A DNA stretch of 64,000 nucleotides from NCBI GenBank assembly GCA_950097015.1, contig CATNEN010000034.1:868001-932000 (forward strand), given 5' to 3'. This DNA is from Macrostomum hystrix (lineage: Eukaryota > Animalia > Platyhelminthes). Each line of letters begins with the position of its first letter. Positions within the stretch are counted from its first letter, which is position 1. Below the pieces are notes generated by a model that saw only the letters and a list, made by a program, of their open reading frames with translations, was not told the origin of the DNA and ran no database searches. A program made the position numbers and the translations under genes. Of the stretch, positions 47,852-61,529 are shown one piece after another.

Positions 47852-50800
47852 ATGCTCTACCGGCCGTCGTCTTCGCCGGGCCTTCCAGCCTCCTCGGCTG
47901 ATGAAGCCACGCCGCTGCTGATATCCGGCGAGACTGGCGGCGCCGAGGCTGTTCGCCGGCAGCGCCAGCTGGCCAGACGCCGCAGCCGAGTGTCCAGCCT
48001 GACTGTGCTGTTAGTTGAACTGTTGGAACGCATGGCATTCTACGGTGCAACGGCTAATCTGGTTCTAACCCTGGGCCAGCAGCCGTTCTACTGGGTGAGC
48101 TACAATGCCGCCTCCGCGTCCCTGCTCATGTCCGGCGTCGCTTACGGTTTGGCACTCTTCGGCGGCTGGGTTAGCGATACTTGGCTGGGCGCGTTTAACA
48201 CCTGTGCTCTGGCCTTCATTGTCTACCTGATTGGACTGTGCGGCCTGCCAGTCCTGCTGCTGTTAGACAGATTAGGTCGCACCTGGATACTGTGCGGCAA
48301 GTCTATGGCCGAGCCTATCAATGCTAGCCGGATTGCTGTTGTGGACTCTTTAAGGTGTGGTGTAGCAGTTTTTTGAGGTCCATTCTCAGAGCCAATATCC
48401 TTTCCCAAATCCCTTAGATTTACTCTCCCAAATCCCATAGATTTACTCTCCCAAATCCCTTAGATTTACTCTCCCAAATCCCTTAGATTTACTCTCCCAA
48501 AATCCCTTAGATTTACTCTCCCAAATCCCTTAGATTTTACTCTCCCAAATCCCTTTGATTTTACTCCCCAAATCCCTTAGATTTACTCTTCTATATCCCT
48601 TAGATTTTACTCTCCCAAATCCCTTAGATTTACTCTCCCAAATCCCTTAGATTGCCTTTCCCAAATCCCTGACATTTGGCCACATCCCTGGGGATTTTCC
48701 GCTCCCAGATCCCCAAGGGTCGCCTTCCCAGGTCCAGAGCATGAGGTTCTTTTTTTCTTAATTCCCAATTCACCAAAAATATTTCGGGTTTCTGATTTTC
48801 CGGGTTTATTCCGGGTTTGGCGTAAACTACTGGCCTATAATTTTCCTTCCACAGTATTATCCAAAACACTGAAGCAGCTGGCGGCAACATGTTTGAGCAG
48901 AGGTGCTCACTAGTGGTTATTTTCAGTCTATGCCTCATTGCTATCGGCAGCGGCTCCCTCAGGGCCAATCTGTCACCATTGGGCGCGCATCAGATCAAGG
49001 ATCCGATGGAGCAGAATCGCTTCTTTAACTGGTTCTATTGGGCCTGCAATTTGGGCTCGTTTGTAGCTTTCTCTGTTTTAACCTGCGTGCAACAGAATTT
49101 TGGTGTGAACGGACGTCTAGCTGGCTATTTGGTGCCGCCGGTTGCTATGGCAATCGCCGCTTTCATATTCCTAGCCTGTCGGCCAATGTTTCGGGTACGC
49201 CGCCCGGCTGGCAGCTTGCTGACCAGAGTTGTGCGTCTCCTAGCCGCCGCTGTGTCCTCCTCCATCAAGTTGAAGCGGCAGCAAAGGCAGCGCCTGCCAG
49301 ATGAGGACACAGGCGGAACGGCTGGGGCTAATCAGCAGCCGATGCGACTGCACGTCGCCTCCTACGATGACTGGCTAGACTGCGCCAGACACGGAGGCAG
49401 GTTCACGGAGGGCGAGGTGCATGATGTACGATTGTTGCTCAGGATTGTGCTCATCTTCGTCAGCCTAATACCATATTGGTTGTTGTATTTTCAGATGCAG
49501 AGCACCTATTTAATGCAGGTTGGTTGCAGTAATTTTACCTTTTATAAACAAATCGCCGATATGTATAGAAAAATCTAAGTGGTTTAACAAATTGCATATG
49601 TAATATGTTTCGCTTGAGCCGGCCAAATGTAGCCGACTACGTTATAGTTAACTAACCGATATGTATCGAAATATAGTAGATTACATATCTCCGCTTTATT
49701 TGCAGGGTCTTCACCTTCGCCTGCAGTTAAACGGCAGCGTATTTAGCTCAGTTAGACTGGACCACTTCACAATACCGCCAGCCTGGTTATCACTGTGCGA
49801 CATTGTTGTCATCATAGTGCTAATTCCCCTGCTTACTAAGCTTGTATTCCCCTGGTTAGAAAGGCGCGGCTGTAATCCCAGCCTGGCCTCCCAGATTCTG
49901 CTGGGCATGTGTGTAGCCCTGGCTTCGGTGCTGTGCGCTGGTCTGCTAGAGTCCTATCGGCTCAGCGTGCTGTGGGGCAATGCTACCGAACTCGAACCGG
50001 TCAACTCTATTGAGCAAGAGATCGGTACTAGGAACTATACCGCTGCTAACCTTAGCATACTGTGGCAGGTGCCCCAGTACTGCCTCATGGGCACCGCTGA
50101 GGCTTTCATGTCTGTGGCCTGCTTGCGGCTGGCCTTTCAGGTGAGGCACAATGTACTATCGCTCCCTACCAACCCACCGCCTCAATGTACATTCGCTCCC
50201 TACCACCCCACCGCCTCAACGTACTATCGCTGCCTACCACCCCACCGCCATAATGTACTATCGCTCCCTACCACCCCACCGCCACAATATACTATCGCTC
50301 CCTACCACCCCACCGCCACAATGTACTATCGCTCCCTACCACCCCACCGCCACAATGTACATTCGCTACCTACCACCCCACCGCCTCAATGTACATTCGC
50401 TCCCTACCACCCCACCGCCTCAATGTACATTCGCTCCCTACCACCCCTCCGCCTCAACGTACTATCGCTGCCTACCACCCCACCGCCATAATGTACTATC
50501 GCTCCGTACCACCCCACCGCCACAATATACTATCGCTCCCTACCACCCCACCGCCACAATGTACTATCGCTCCCTACCACCCCACCGCCACAATGTACAT
50601 TCGCTCCCTACCACCTCACCGCCTCAATTTACTCTGGCACCGACCCCACTCTTTGTTATCCGAACTCACACACAGTTGAGAGGGAGAAATAAGCTTTCAA
50701 AATATATTTGTAGGGCGCACCGCGCAACATGAAAGGTCTCATAACTGGTCTGTTCTGGTTCACCTGCGGCTGCGGCAGCTTTGTTGGCGTCGCTTTGATG

Positions 50801-51106
50801 TCCGTCTTTGCCGCCTCCCATACCTGGTTCCAGCCCAACAATCACAGAGATCCCAACTGTCGCGATGGATGCCACCTGGACTATTATTTCTACCTGTTGG
50901 GCGGCATTCAACTTGCCGGCCTGCTGTTGTTTGCCTTCCTCAGATCGCGCTATCATCTGGCCGACTCGCCCGAAGGCCCGTTGTCTACATCGGTCGCGCC
51001 TATTTTAGTTGGCAGCACTGCTAGCAATCGTTCCGGTTTGAATATCAATCATGTTAATAACAACGGCTTGTTGGGCGGTCGTTTCGGCTCGGCTTCACAA
51101 GGATAG
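47852..51106 (+). CDS. SLC15A4: SLC15A4-like proton-coupled peptide/histidine transporter (POT/PTR2 family); exons 47852-48354, 48855-49518, 49706-50140, 50714-51106
   Basis: ExxERxxFY motif (ELLERMAFY), FFNWFYW..NLGS, YFQMQST, LSILWQVPQY, AP.NMKG and LDYYFYLL. GT-AG junctions are frame-consistent (phases 2,0,0). Confidence 0.88.
48400..48670 (+). repeat. 23-24-bp minisatellite (tttactctcccaaatcccttaga), SLC15A4 intron 1
   Basis: Direct inspection. Confidence 0.93.
50149..50630 (+). repeat. 34-bp C-rich minisatellite (caatgtactatcgctccctaccaccccaccgcca), SLC15A4 intron 3
   Basis: Direct inspection; starts 8 nt after the donor. Confidence 0.95.
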
Positions 51107-51169
51107 ACTTTCATAAACTCTTTTTGCTTCCTTGTCTTTCATTATTACATCAACCTTCCAAACTGCTTC

Positions 51170-52820
51170 TTCTGCCAGGACTGCTTCTATCCGATCCTTC
51201 AGGAGTGCTTCTATCCCTCAGGACTGCTTCTATCCGATCCTTCAGGAGTGCTTCTATCCCTCAGGACTGCTTCTATCCGATCCTTCAGGAGTGCTTCTAT
51301 CCGATCCTTCAGGACTGCTTCTATCCGATCCTTCAGGACTGCTTCTATCCGATCCTTCAGGACTGCTTCTATCCGATCCTTCAGGATTGCTTCTATCCGA
51401 TCCTTCAGGAGTGCTTCTATCCGATCCTTCAGGACTGCTTCTATCCGATCCTTCAGGAGTGCTTCTATCCGATCCTTCAGGATTGCTTCTATCCGATCCT
51501 TCAGGAGTGCTTCTATCCGATCCTTCAGGACTGCTTCTATCCGATCCTTCAGGAGTGCTTCTATCCGATCCTTCAGGACTGCTTCTATCCGATCCTTCAG
51601 GAGTGCTTCTATCCGATCCTTCAGGACTGCTTCTATCCGATCCTTCAGGACTGCTTCTATCCGATCCTTCAGGACTGCTTCTATCCGATCCTTCAGGATT
51701 GCTTCTATCCTTCAGGACTGCTTCTATCCGATCCTTCAGGAGTGCTTCTATCCGATCCTTCAGGACTGCTTCTATCCGATCCTTCAGGAGTGCTTCTATC
51801 CGATCCTTCAGGACTGCTTCTATCCGATCCTTCAGGATTGCTTCTATCCTTCAGGACTGCTACTGTCCGATCCTTCAGGACTGCTTCTATCCTTCAGGAC
51901 TGCTTCTATCCGATCCTTCAGGACTGCTTCTATCCTTCAGGACTGCTTCTATCCGATCCTTCAGGATTGCTTCTATCCTTTAGGACTGCTAATATCCGAT
52001 CCTTCAGGATTGCTTCTATCCTTTAGGACTGCTACTGTCCGATCCTTCAGGATTGCTTCTATCCTTCAGGACTGCTACTGTCCGATCCTTCAGGATTGCT
52101 TCTATCCGATCCTTCAGGATTGCTTCTATCCTTTAGGACTGCTACTGTCCGATCCTTCAGGATTGCTTCTATCCTTCAGGACTGCTACTATCCTTCAGGA
52201 CTGCTACTGTCCGATCCTTCAGGATTGCTTCTATCCGATCCTTCAGGATTGCTTCTATCCTTTAGGACTGCTAATATCCGATCCTTCAGGATTGCTTCTA
52301 TCCTTTAGGACTGCTAATATCCGATCCTTCAGGATTGCTTCTATCCTTCAGGACTGCTACTGTCCGATCCTTCAGGATTGCTTCTATCCTTCAGGACTGC
52401 TTCTATCCTTCAGGACTGCTACTGTCCGATCCTTCAGGATTGCTTCTATCCTTCAGGACTGCTTCTATCCTTCAGGACTGCTACTGTCCGATCCTTCAGG
52501 ATTGCTTCTATCCTTCAGGACTGCTTCTATCCTTCAGGACTGCTTCTATCCTTCAGGATTGCTTCTATCCTTCAGGACTGCTTCTATCCTTCAGGACTGC
52601 TTCTATCCTTCAGGATTGCTTCTATCCTTCACGATTGCTTCTATCCTTCAGAATTGCTTCTATCCTTCACGATTGCTTCTATTCTTCAGGACTGCTTCTA
52701 TCCTTCAGGACTGCTTCTATCCTTCAGGATTGCTTCTATCCTTCAGAATTGCTTCTATCCTTCAGAATTGCTTCTATCCTTCAGGATTGCTTCTATCCTT
52801 CAGGACTGCTTCTATCCTAT
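51170..52820 (+). repeat. 24-bp/19-bp minisatellite (ccgatccttcaggactgcttctat / ccttcaggactgcttctat) just after the SLC15A4 stop
   Basis: Direct inspection. Confidence 0.96.
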
Positions 52821-53234
52821 CTTCCAGCACTGCTTCTGTCCTTCAGGCTCGCTTCTATCTTGTCTTTTGGGAAGATTTCTGCATGATCTTTTCCTTTTCT
52901 TCGGGAAATGATCATCCAATATTTTATATCAGTAAATCGAATTACATAATAATTTAGCAGCAGTATGAACGAATACATTTTATTGTTTTTGAATGCTCAT
53001 CATGAAATCTCGCCTTTGTTTGCTGGCCTTGTCTGACATCCAGTCCTTTGCTCATTGATTAATTCAATTTCAATGCGCAATTTTTTGTCTTTTTTTCTGC
53101 GTCTCAAATGTTTATTCCGTACATTTGTCTTCAAACTTTGGCGAACTCAGACGAAGTTTCTATAATCGTATCGCAGTAGCGGGTAAAATTGCAGGAAATT
53201 CCAGCCATGACAAATGGCTCGGCTTTTCATTTAG

Positions 53235-53870
53235 AATGGTACCAGGAATCGCACTGGGAATCGTACCAGGAATCGGAATTGGAATCATACAAGCAATCAC
53301 AGTGGAAATCGTACCAGGAATCGCAGTGGGAATCGTACCAGGAATCGGAATCGAAATCATACCAGGAATCGCAGTGGGAATCGTACCAGGAATCGCAGTG
53401 GGAATCGTACCAGGAATCGCAGTGGGAATCGTACCAGAAATCACTGTGGGGATCGTACCAGAAATCGCAGTGGGGATTGTACGAGGAATCGAAATCATAC
53501 CAGGAATCGCAGTGGGAATCGTACCAGAAATCGCAGTGGGAATCGCAGTGGGAATCGTACCAGGAATCGCAGTGGGAATCGCAGTGTGAATCGTACCAGG
53601 AATCGCAGTGGGAATCGTACCAGAAATCACTGTGGGGATCGTACCAGAAATCGCAGTGGGGATTGTACGAGGAATCGAAATCATACCAGGAATCGCAGTG
53701 GGAATCGTACCAGGAATCGCAGTGGGAATCGTACCAGGAATCGCAGTGGGAATCGTACCAGAAATCACTGTGGGGATCGTACCAGAAATCGCAGTGGGGA
53801 TTGTACGAGGAATCGGAATCATACCAGGAATCGCAGTGGGAATCGTACCATGAATCGCAGTTAGAATCGT
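53235..53870 (+). repeat. 24-bp minisatellite (gaatcgtaccaggaatcgcagtgg) with degenerate extension to ~54000
   Basis: Direct inspection. Confidence 0.94.
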
Positions 53871-54744
53871 TCCAGTAATCGCATCTAGAACTATAGCAGA
53901 ATTTTAAGTGCAAATCGTTGCGGGAATCGCAGCTAGAATCGTAGAAGTAGTTAGAGCTAGAACCGTACCAGGAATCGTATCGAGAATCGCAGCAGGTATT
54001 TCAGTAAGAACCATATCAATAATCGCGGCAGAATTGTTTTGAAAAAGACCTTGTTTTGAAATTAAAACAAGTTTTTGAAAGACGTAAAAAGTCACGGTAA
54101 TAAAATATAAAATCGAAGTGGGCATTGAAACAAAAAGCTGTCGGAATCGTAGCAGGAATCGCACCAAGGAATGGTTGCAAAATACATTGTTTGATGCAAA
54201 ATCAGAGCACGGATTGTATCTAAAATGGTAGGCAAAAGCCTGTTCTAATTGTGGCACTGATTATTTTATCCAGTCATAAATTGCTGGCTACACGTTTTTG
54301 TTGCAAAAAATTTTTAAGTATTCCTACTTAAGTAGTGTGTTTTGTAAATAATTATATCAAAATTTGCTGTACAATTTGAAACTATTTCGGTGCTCCATAT
54401 GCCTGGATTCATTCGTTTCTTCGCTTTTCGTGTCTTTTTTGAGTCACATTTACAATTATCAACGTTTACCTGTTTTGGCGTAATATCATTTTCATCGGCG
54501 TGTCTACTGATCAAAACACTGAGCAGTGATTCCTTTGTATGCACTTTTTTATTTTTGCTACTACAATCGTAGTTTAATATGTCAACTTTGATTTTGTCCT
54601 TTAAAAATGATAACTAGGGAAGATGATAAAGATCTATTTTTAGAATAAAAATTCCAATTTATGTTCATTCATCAAAATTTATAATTACATAGGAAATATG
54701 ATTAAAGTGTCACGACTACGAGTATAATCCCATTCGAGTGCCGA

Positions 54745-55625
54745 AATCCCCATTTAAGCGCCCATCTTATCCGACGATAATCCCCATTTGAATTGATGAA
54801 ATCCCCATTTAGGCACCAATCTTATCAGACGATTATCCCCTTTTGAATTGATGAAATCCCCATTTAGGCGCCAATCTTATCAGACGATTATCCCCCTTTG
54901 AATTGATGAAATCCCCATTTAGGCGCCAATCTTATCAGACGATTATCCCCTTTTGAATTGATGAAATCCCCATTTAGGCGCCAATCTTATCAGACGATTA
55001 TCCCCTTTTGAATTAATGAAATCCCCCATTTAGGCGCCAATCTTATCAGATGATTATCCCCCTTTGAATTGATGAAATCCCCATTTAGGCACCAATCTTA
55101 TCAGACGATAATCCCCCTTTGAATTGATGAAATCCCCATTTAGGCACCAATCTTATCAGATGATTATCCCCCTTTGAATTGATGAAATCCCCATTTAGGC
55201 ACCAATCTTATCAGACGATAATCCCCCTTTGAATTGATGAAATCCCCATTTAGGCACCAATCTTATCAGATGATTATCCCCCTTTGAATTGATGAAATCC
55301 CCATTTAGGCACCAATCTTATCAGATGATTATCCCCCTTTGAATTGATGAAATCCCCATTTAGGCACCAATCTTATCAGATGATTATCCCCCTTTGAATT
55401 GATGAAATCCCCATTTAGGCACCAATCTTATCAGATGATTATCCCCCTTTGAATTGATGAAATCCCCATTTAGGCACCAATCTTATCAGACGATAATCCC
55501 CCTTTGAATTGATGAAATCCCCATTTAGGCACCAATCTTATCAGATGATTATCCCCTTTTGAATTGATGAAATCCCCATTTAGGCGCCAATCTTATTAGA
55601 CGATTATCCCCTTTTGAATTGACGA
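54745..55625 (+). repeat. 55-bp minisatellite (gaattgatgaaatccccatttaggcaccaatcttatcagatgattatcccccttt), ~16 copies
   Basis: Period 55 checked (55121 to 55176). Confidence 0.96.
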
Positions 55626-55858
55626 AATTCCCACCAGATACCAATCTCATCGGGGACGATAATCCGATTCAAGTATTCGAAATTTCCAATTTTATGTCAG
55701 TACCATGCAAGATCCCATTAATTCGGCAATCTTCATGCTCTACTCTTGGTTACAGCCCTAAGCAGTCTTTATTCGGCTGGACTCCAATCTACAGCAGCTG
55801 ACCGGCTAGCAACTCAGGCGGCCTGCAACAAACAAAGATTCTCTAGAAGGGACAGATT

Positions 55859-58800
55859 ATGCTGATTAGTCGCGTCCTGAATTTGGCCATCAGCGGGCGT
55901 CACGGCGGGCGCTGCTTCCAGGCTAGTCGCGTCCTGGACCCGGAGCTCCGCCGCCAGCTGCCCAGCCCGGTGCCGCGGGACGAGTTCACACTGTTGAAAT
56001 GCCTGGCCGGCGCCTCCAAGGCCGAGGCCGACGCTGTGCCGCACTACGCCATCGATGACAGCTTGTTTCTTCGGTACAGACTGTCGTCGGTGGCTCTAGC
56101 TAGGAGGTCCGGGCGTAACGTGGCCAGAAGTTTCTTAGAAACCAACGCAATTGACCTGGCCGAGTTTAACAAGGAGAAACCGGCTGTGCCAGCTTGGCGG
56201 CCGATGAGGTCAATTGAGAATCTGGACAATAGCGAACAGAATCTGAACCTGCTAATTGGACTGCAGCGGGTGGATCTCAGCTGGCGGATGTACAATAAAT
56301 TGTTAAGCGACGGAGCTGGCGTCAGCGACGATACCAAGTTTGTAAAATCTATATTTTGACTGCATTGTCTGCACTTGTATAACTGTGTCAATAAGAGTGT
56401 CGATAATCGTGTAAGACTTTAGATAAGCACTGTAGATAAGCAAGTGTCAGACACTCGTTAATTGAGTGTCAGACTGTCTTTAAGTGAGTGTCAAACTGTC
56501 TTTAAGTGAGTGTCAGACTGTCTTTATGTGAGTGTCAGACTGTCTTTATGTGAGTGTCAGACTGTCGCTAAGCGAGTGTCAGACTGCCGCTAAGCAAGTG
56601 TCAGACTGTCGCTAAGCAAGTGTCAGACTGTCGCTAAGCAATTGTCAGACTGTAGATAAGGTTTCATAGGTTATTTTCTTCTCTCGTCCAGGCAGAGCCT
56701 CCTCGAGCTGCAGGCCTACTACGCCGGCCTTGACCCGCCACTTCGTGACATCAGCCCGGAGGAGATCTACTTCTCAGATCGGCTGCTGATTGACCACACC
56801 GACGCCGTCAACGCCTGGTCGGCCGCTGACAATCCGGCCAAGTCGATCTACCGCAGCCTGGCGGAGCCAAGCCTGGCTGCGAAAGTCGTCATGCTGAAGG
56901 CGCATTGTCGGCATCAGGCGTACGCCGAGTGCGTGGATTTGTACTCGCAGCTTGCTGGCAAACCCGGCCTGGACTCCCAGTGTCACTCGGCAGGCCTGCT
57001 GGCCATCGCCGCTCATCGGCGCAGCTGGCCGCCTGTGCTGGCCGCATTCCGACGCGTCGCCAAACCAGACCTGGCCGCTTATCAGGCTCTGCTTCGGGCG
57101 CTGCCGTTGGTTGACGACTTGCCCGACGGTGCCGGCGGTCGGGTTCGCATTGTCTGCAGCCTTCTAGCTGAACTGCGGCAGAGCGGCTTGGAGTCCAGAT
57201 GTAGCCTGGCCACAGCCACTCTGGCTCTGCGCGCTGCCTATGCTGCTCAGCTGAAGCCGATGCTAAGCAGGTGAGTGCCCCGATCAGTGTCTGGTTCTGT
57301 CGGCTTACACCCTCATGAATTTATCGAGATCCAAAAGTAAACTGATTTAGCTTCGATCCTCCCAGTTGAATCCCCAATCCTCCCAGTTCCCCAGTTGAAT
57401 CTTCAATTCTCCCAGATCCCCAGTTCAATCCTCAATTCTCCCAGATCACCAGTTGAATCCCCAATACTCCCACATCCCCAGTTGAATCCACAATCCTTCC
57501 ACATCCCCAGTTGAATCCACAATCCTCCCAGATCCTCAGTTGAATCCACAATCCTCCCAGATCCCAGATCCTCAGTTGAATCCACAATCCTCCCAGATCC
57601 TCAGTTGAATCCACAATCCTCCCAGATCCTCAGTTGAATCCACAATCCTCCCAGATCCCCCGTTGAATCCACAATCCTCCCAGATCCCCAGTTGAATCCT
57701 CGATTCTCCCAGATCCCCCGTTGAATCCACAATCCTCCCAGATCTTCAGTTGAATCCACAATCCTCCCAGATCCTCAGTTGAATCCACAATCCTCCCAGA
57801 TCTTCAGTTGAATCCACAATCCTCCCAGATCCTCAGTTGAATCCACAATCCTCCCAGATCCTCAGTTGAATCCACAATCCTCCCAGATCCTCAGTTGAAT
57901 CCACAATCCTCCCAGATCCCCAGTTGAATCCTCGATTCTGCCAGATCCCCAGTTGAATCCCCAATACTCCCAAATCCCCAGTTGAATCCTCAATTCTCCC
58001 AGATCCCCAGGATACTAGCACACTCCTAGTGCTCACAGGTCAGTGGTCCACATTGATTCGAAATCCTCATTGCAGATTTGAGAGTCCCAGCGACTGGCAG
58101 TCGAACCCGGGCCTGCCGGAGGCCGAGCGAGCCGGCTTGCTGCCGCCCCTGCTGGCCAGTCTGTGCGCCAATCCGCCGGATCCCCTGGAAGCGTCCCAGC
58201 CGGAAGACCTGGCCTTCTTTCCCACCGCCGCCTTCCTAGCCTGCCGGGTATACGCTAGCCGCGAAATGAGCGACCAACTCGATCGCCTACTGCACAGCGG
58301 CGCCTTCCTGACAACTCTGGGCTCGCAACAGGAGCACCGCATTGTCTACGAGTATCACCTGTTAAACCTGCTCACCGATCCATCTGCCGATGTGAACTCA
58401 ATCGTGCGCTACTACTCCGACCGCATTCAGCCATCCGGCGTTGGCCTCCTGTCCCATCTCAATCGAGTCATGCGCAAATGCGTGGCCCGACAAGCCGTCG
58501 ACCGGCTGCCGAGCCTGATGGTCCGCTGCTTGGCCTTCGTCGACCTCATGCACCAGGCGGTCCTGGCTCCCGGCTATTCGTTCTTTCGTTGCGCTGAAAT
58601 TATCGACCAAATGTTCGCCGACTCGCATCCGGCTGTGCGTGACGCCGAATTTCTTGCCGATCTGCGTCTATGCCTGGCTGGATTCTCGGACGCCATCAAC
58701 AACGAATTCGTTTACGAGAAGAAAAAGCGGGGCCAAGATCAGAAGGTGGGAACTGCGCAGTGATTCTGGTCTGCTCTGCTTTTACTACCTTCAGGCTCAC

Positions 58801-61506
58801 CACCCTACCTTCAGGCTCTCCATCCCAATTTCTGGCTACTCCATCATACCTTCAGGCTACACCATCCTACCTTCAGGCTACACCATCCTTCCTTCAGGCT
58901 ACACCATCCTTCCTTCAGGCTACACCATCCTACCTTCAGGCTACACCATCCTTCCTTCAGGCTACACCATCCTACCTTCAGGCTACACCATCCTACCTTC
59001 AGGCTACTCCATCCTACCTTCAGGCTACACCATCCTTCCTTCAGGCTACACCACCCTACCTTCAGGCTCTCCATCCCAATTTCTGGCTACTCCATCATAC
59101 CTTCAGGCTACACCATCCTACCTTCAGGCTACACCATCCTTCCTTCAGGCTACACCATCCTTCCTTCAGGCTACACCATCCTTCCTTCAGGCTACACCAT
59201 CCTTCCTTCAGGCTACACCATCCTTCCTTCAGGCTACACCATCCTTCCTTCAGGCTACACCATCCTTCCTTCAGGCTACACCATCCTTCCTTCAGGCTAC
59301 ACCATCCTTCCTTCAGGCTCACCACCCTACCTTCAGGCTCTCCATCCCAATTTTTGGCTACTCCATCCTTCCTTCAGGCTACACCATCCTTCCTTCAGGC
59401 TACACCATCCTTCCTTCAGGCTACACCATCCTTCCTTCAGGCTACCCCATCCTTTCTTCCGGCTACACCATCATACCTTCATGCCACTCCATCCTACCTT
59501 CAGGCTACTCCATCCTTACCTTCGGGCCACTCCATCATACCTTCAGGCTTCTCTATCATACCTTCGGGCTACACCATCATACCTTTAGGCCACTTTATCC
59601 TACCTTCAGGCTACACCATCATACCTTTAGGCCACTTTATCCTACGTTCAGGCCACTCCATCCTACCTTCAGGCCACTCCATCCTACCTTCAGGCTACTC
59701 CATCCTACCTTCGGGCCACTCCATCATACCTTCAGGCTACTCCATCCTACATTCAGGCTACACCATCCTTCCTTCAGGCTACACCATCCTTCCTTCAGGC
59801 TACACCATCCTTCCTTCAGGCTACACCATCCTTCCTTCAGGCTACACCATCCTTCCTTCAGGCTACACCATCCTTCCTTCAGGCTACACCATCCTTCCTT
59901 CAGGCTACACCATCCTTCCTTCAGGCTACACCATCCTTCCTTCAGGCTACACCATCCTTCCTTCAGGCTACACCATCCTTCCTTCAGGCTACACCATCCT
60001 TCCTTCAGGCTACACCATCCTTCCTTCAGGCTACACCATCCTTCCTTCAGGCTACACCATCCTTCCTTCAGGCTACACCATCCTTCCTTCAGGCTACACC
60101 ATCCTTCCTTCAGGCTACACCATCCTTCCTTCAGGCTACACCATCCTTCCTTCAGGCTCTCCATCCCAATTTTTGGCTACTCCATCCTTCCTTCAGGCTA
60201 CACCATCCTTCCTTCAGGCTACACCATCCTTCCTTCAGGCTACACCATCCTTCTTTCAGGCTACACCATCCTTCCTTCAGGCTCACCACCCTACCTTCAG
60301 GCTCTCCATCCCAATTTTTGGCTACTCCATCCTTCCTTCAGGCTACACCATCCTTCCTTCAGGCTACACCATCCTTCCTTCAGGCTACACCATCCTTCCT
60401 TCAGGCTACACCATCCTTCCTTCAGGCTACCCCATCCTTTCTTTCGGCTACACCATCATACCTTCAGGCTACACCATCCTACCTTCATGCCACTCCATCC
60501 TACCTTCGGGCTTCTCTATCATACCTTCGGGCTACACCATCATACCTTTAGGCCACTTTATCCTACCTTCAGGCTACACCATCATACCTTTAGGCCACTT
60601 TATCCTACGTTCAGGCCACTCCATCCTACCTTCAGGCTACTCCATCCTACCTTCGGGCCACTCCATCATACCTTCAGGCTACTCCATCCTACATTCAGGG
60701 GTCTAGCCCACACTGAACTGCGGCCGAAGTCATTCACACAAACCTCATCAGTTCTTTCTTTACGTTTTAGCAGTCCAAGCGGGAGCTTCACGCCGTGCTG
60801 GATGCTGACAATGCCGCCACGCTGATCAGACTGGCTGTCAAGCTGCCAGACGATGCGGACAGAGAATTGGCCATGCGGCTGTCTGGCCAGTTGGCCGAGT
60901 GCCTTGCCAACCGGCGCGTCTCCAGCCTTAACTACGTATTGGCGCTACTGGAATTGGCCGCCAAAATGAGACTGACGCCAAGCTATGAGCAGCGGGCGGC
61001 CTGCCAGTCTGTCAGCGAGCTGCTGGACAGGGCGGCGCGGGAGTTCCAAGTGAGTTGTACTCTGATTTTAACTGTGCTTCGAATGTGGTTTGATATACAT
61101 GGTTTTTTCCGCGGCTTTTTCCCATAGCTTTCAATCATCTAATCTCCATCCGCAGACCAAGCGCATTGATAAGTCGGATGTTGCTCGTCTGGCACGACTG
61201 TCCGAGCTGGCCGAATCTTCCAGCGCCTTCCTGACTGCCTGCGATTATCGCCTGTCCGAGACGCAGGCCACCGCCCACAGTCAGCTGGCTCGGGCTGCCG
61301 CTGAGATGCGCGATCGCGGGGCAAGCGGCAACTGGGCGCTTGACAGCGACGCGACTGACGTCGACTCCGATGCCGCCTGGGAGGCTGCCGCCGGTCTCGA
61401 AACCGACGCTGATGCCGAAACCGATCTTCGTGTTGAAGGCGAGGCTGACGCCGACTCTGATTCCGAATCGGATCGCGACAACAAAGGCGGAGGTCGCCGG
61501 CGTTAG
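55859..61506 (+). CDS. PTCD3: Pentatricopeptide-repeat protein PTCD3/mS39-like (mitochondrial small ribosomal subunit); exons 55859-56337, 56692-57270, 58076-58745, 60771-61049, 61156-61506 (785 aa)
   Basis: The N-terminal block LLKCLAGASKAEADAVPHYAIDDSLFL...ARRSGRNVARSF resembles, from memory, the PTCD3 block [26 protein letters not shown]...AKKSGENVAKF. Also a basic presequence-like N-terminus, helical repeats and an acidic C-tail. Exon sum 2358 nt = 786 codons with consistent phases. Confidence 0.82.
56440..56655 (+). repeat. 22-bp minisatellite (gtgagtgtcagactgtctttaa), PTCD3 intron 1
   Basis: Direct inspection. Confidence 0.9.
57355..58010 (+). repeat. 29-bp minisatellite (cctcagttgaatccacaatcctcccagat), PTCD3 intron 2
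   Basis: Direct inspection. Confidence 0.94.
58785..60697 (+). repeat. 21-bp minisatellite (ccttcaggctacaccatcctt) with higher-order blocks, PTCD3 intron 3
   Basis: Direct inspection; explains the 728-aa and 678-aa ORFs. Confidence 0.96.
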
Positions 61507-61529
61507 AGAATGCTTGACTGGGTTCTATG

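Noticed and set aside
51124-53913. Several 200-570-aa ORFs
   Set aside because: Products of 24/19-bp and 24-bp arrays; no unique coding sequence.
58639-60825. 728-aa and 678-aa ORFs
   Set aside because: 21-bp array within PTCD3 intron 3; open in multiple frames.
61340-61506. Acidic C-terminal tail of PTCD3 as unusual
   Set aside because: An acidic Asp/Ser tail is also present in vertebrate PTCD3, from memory.
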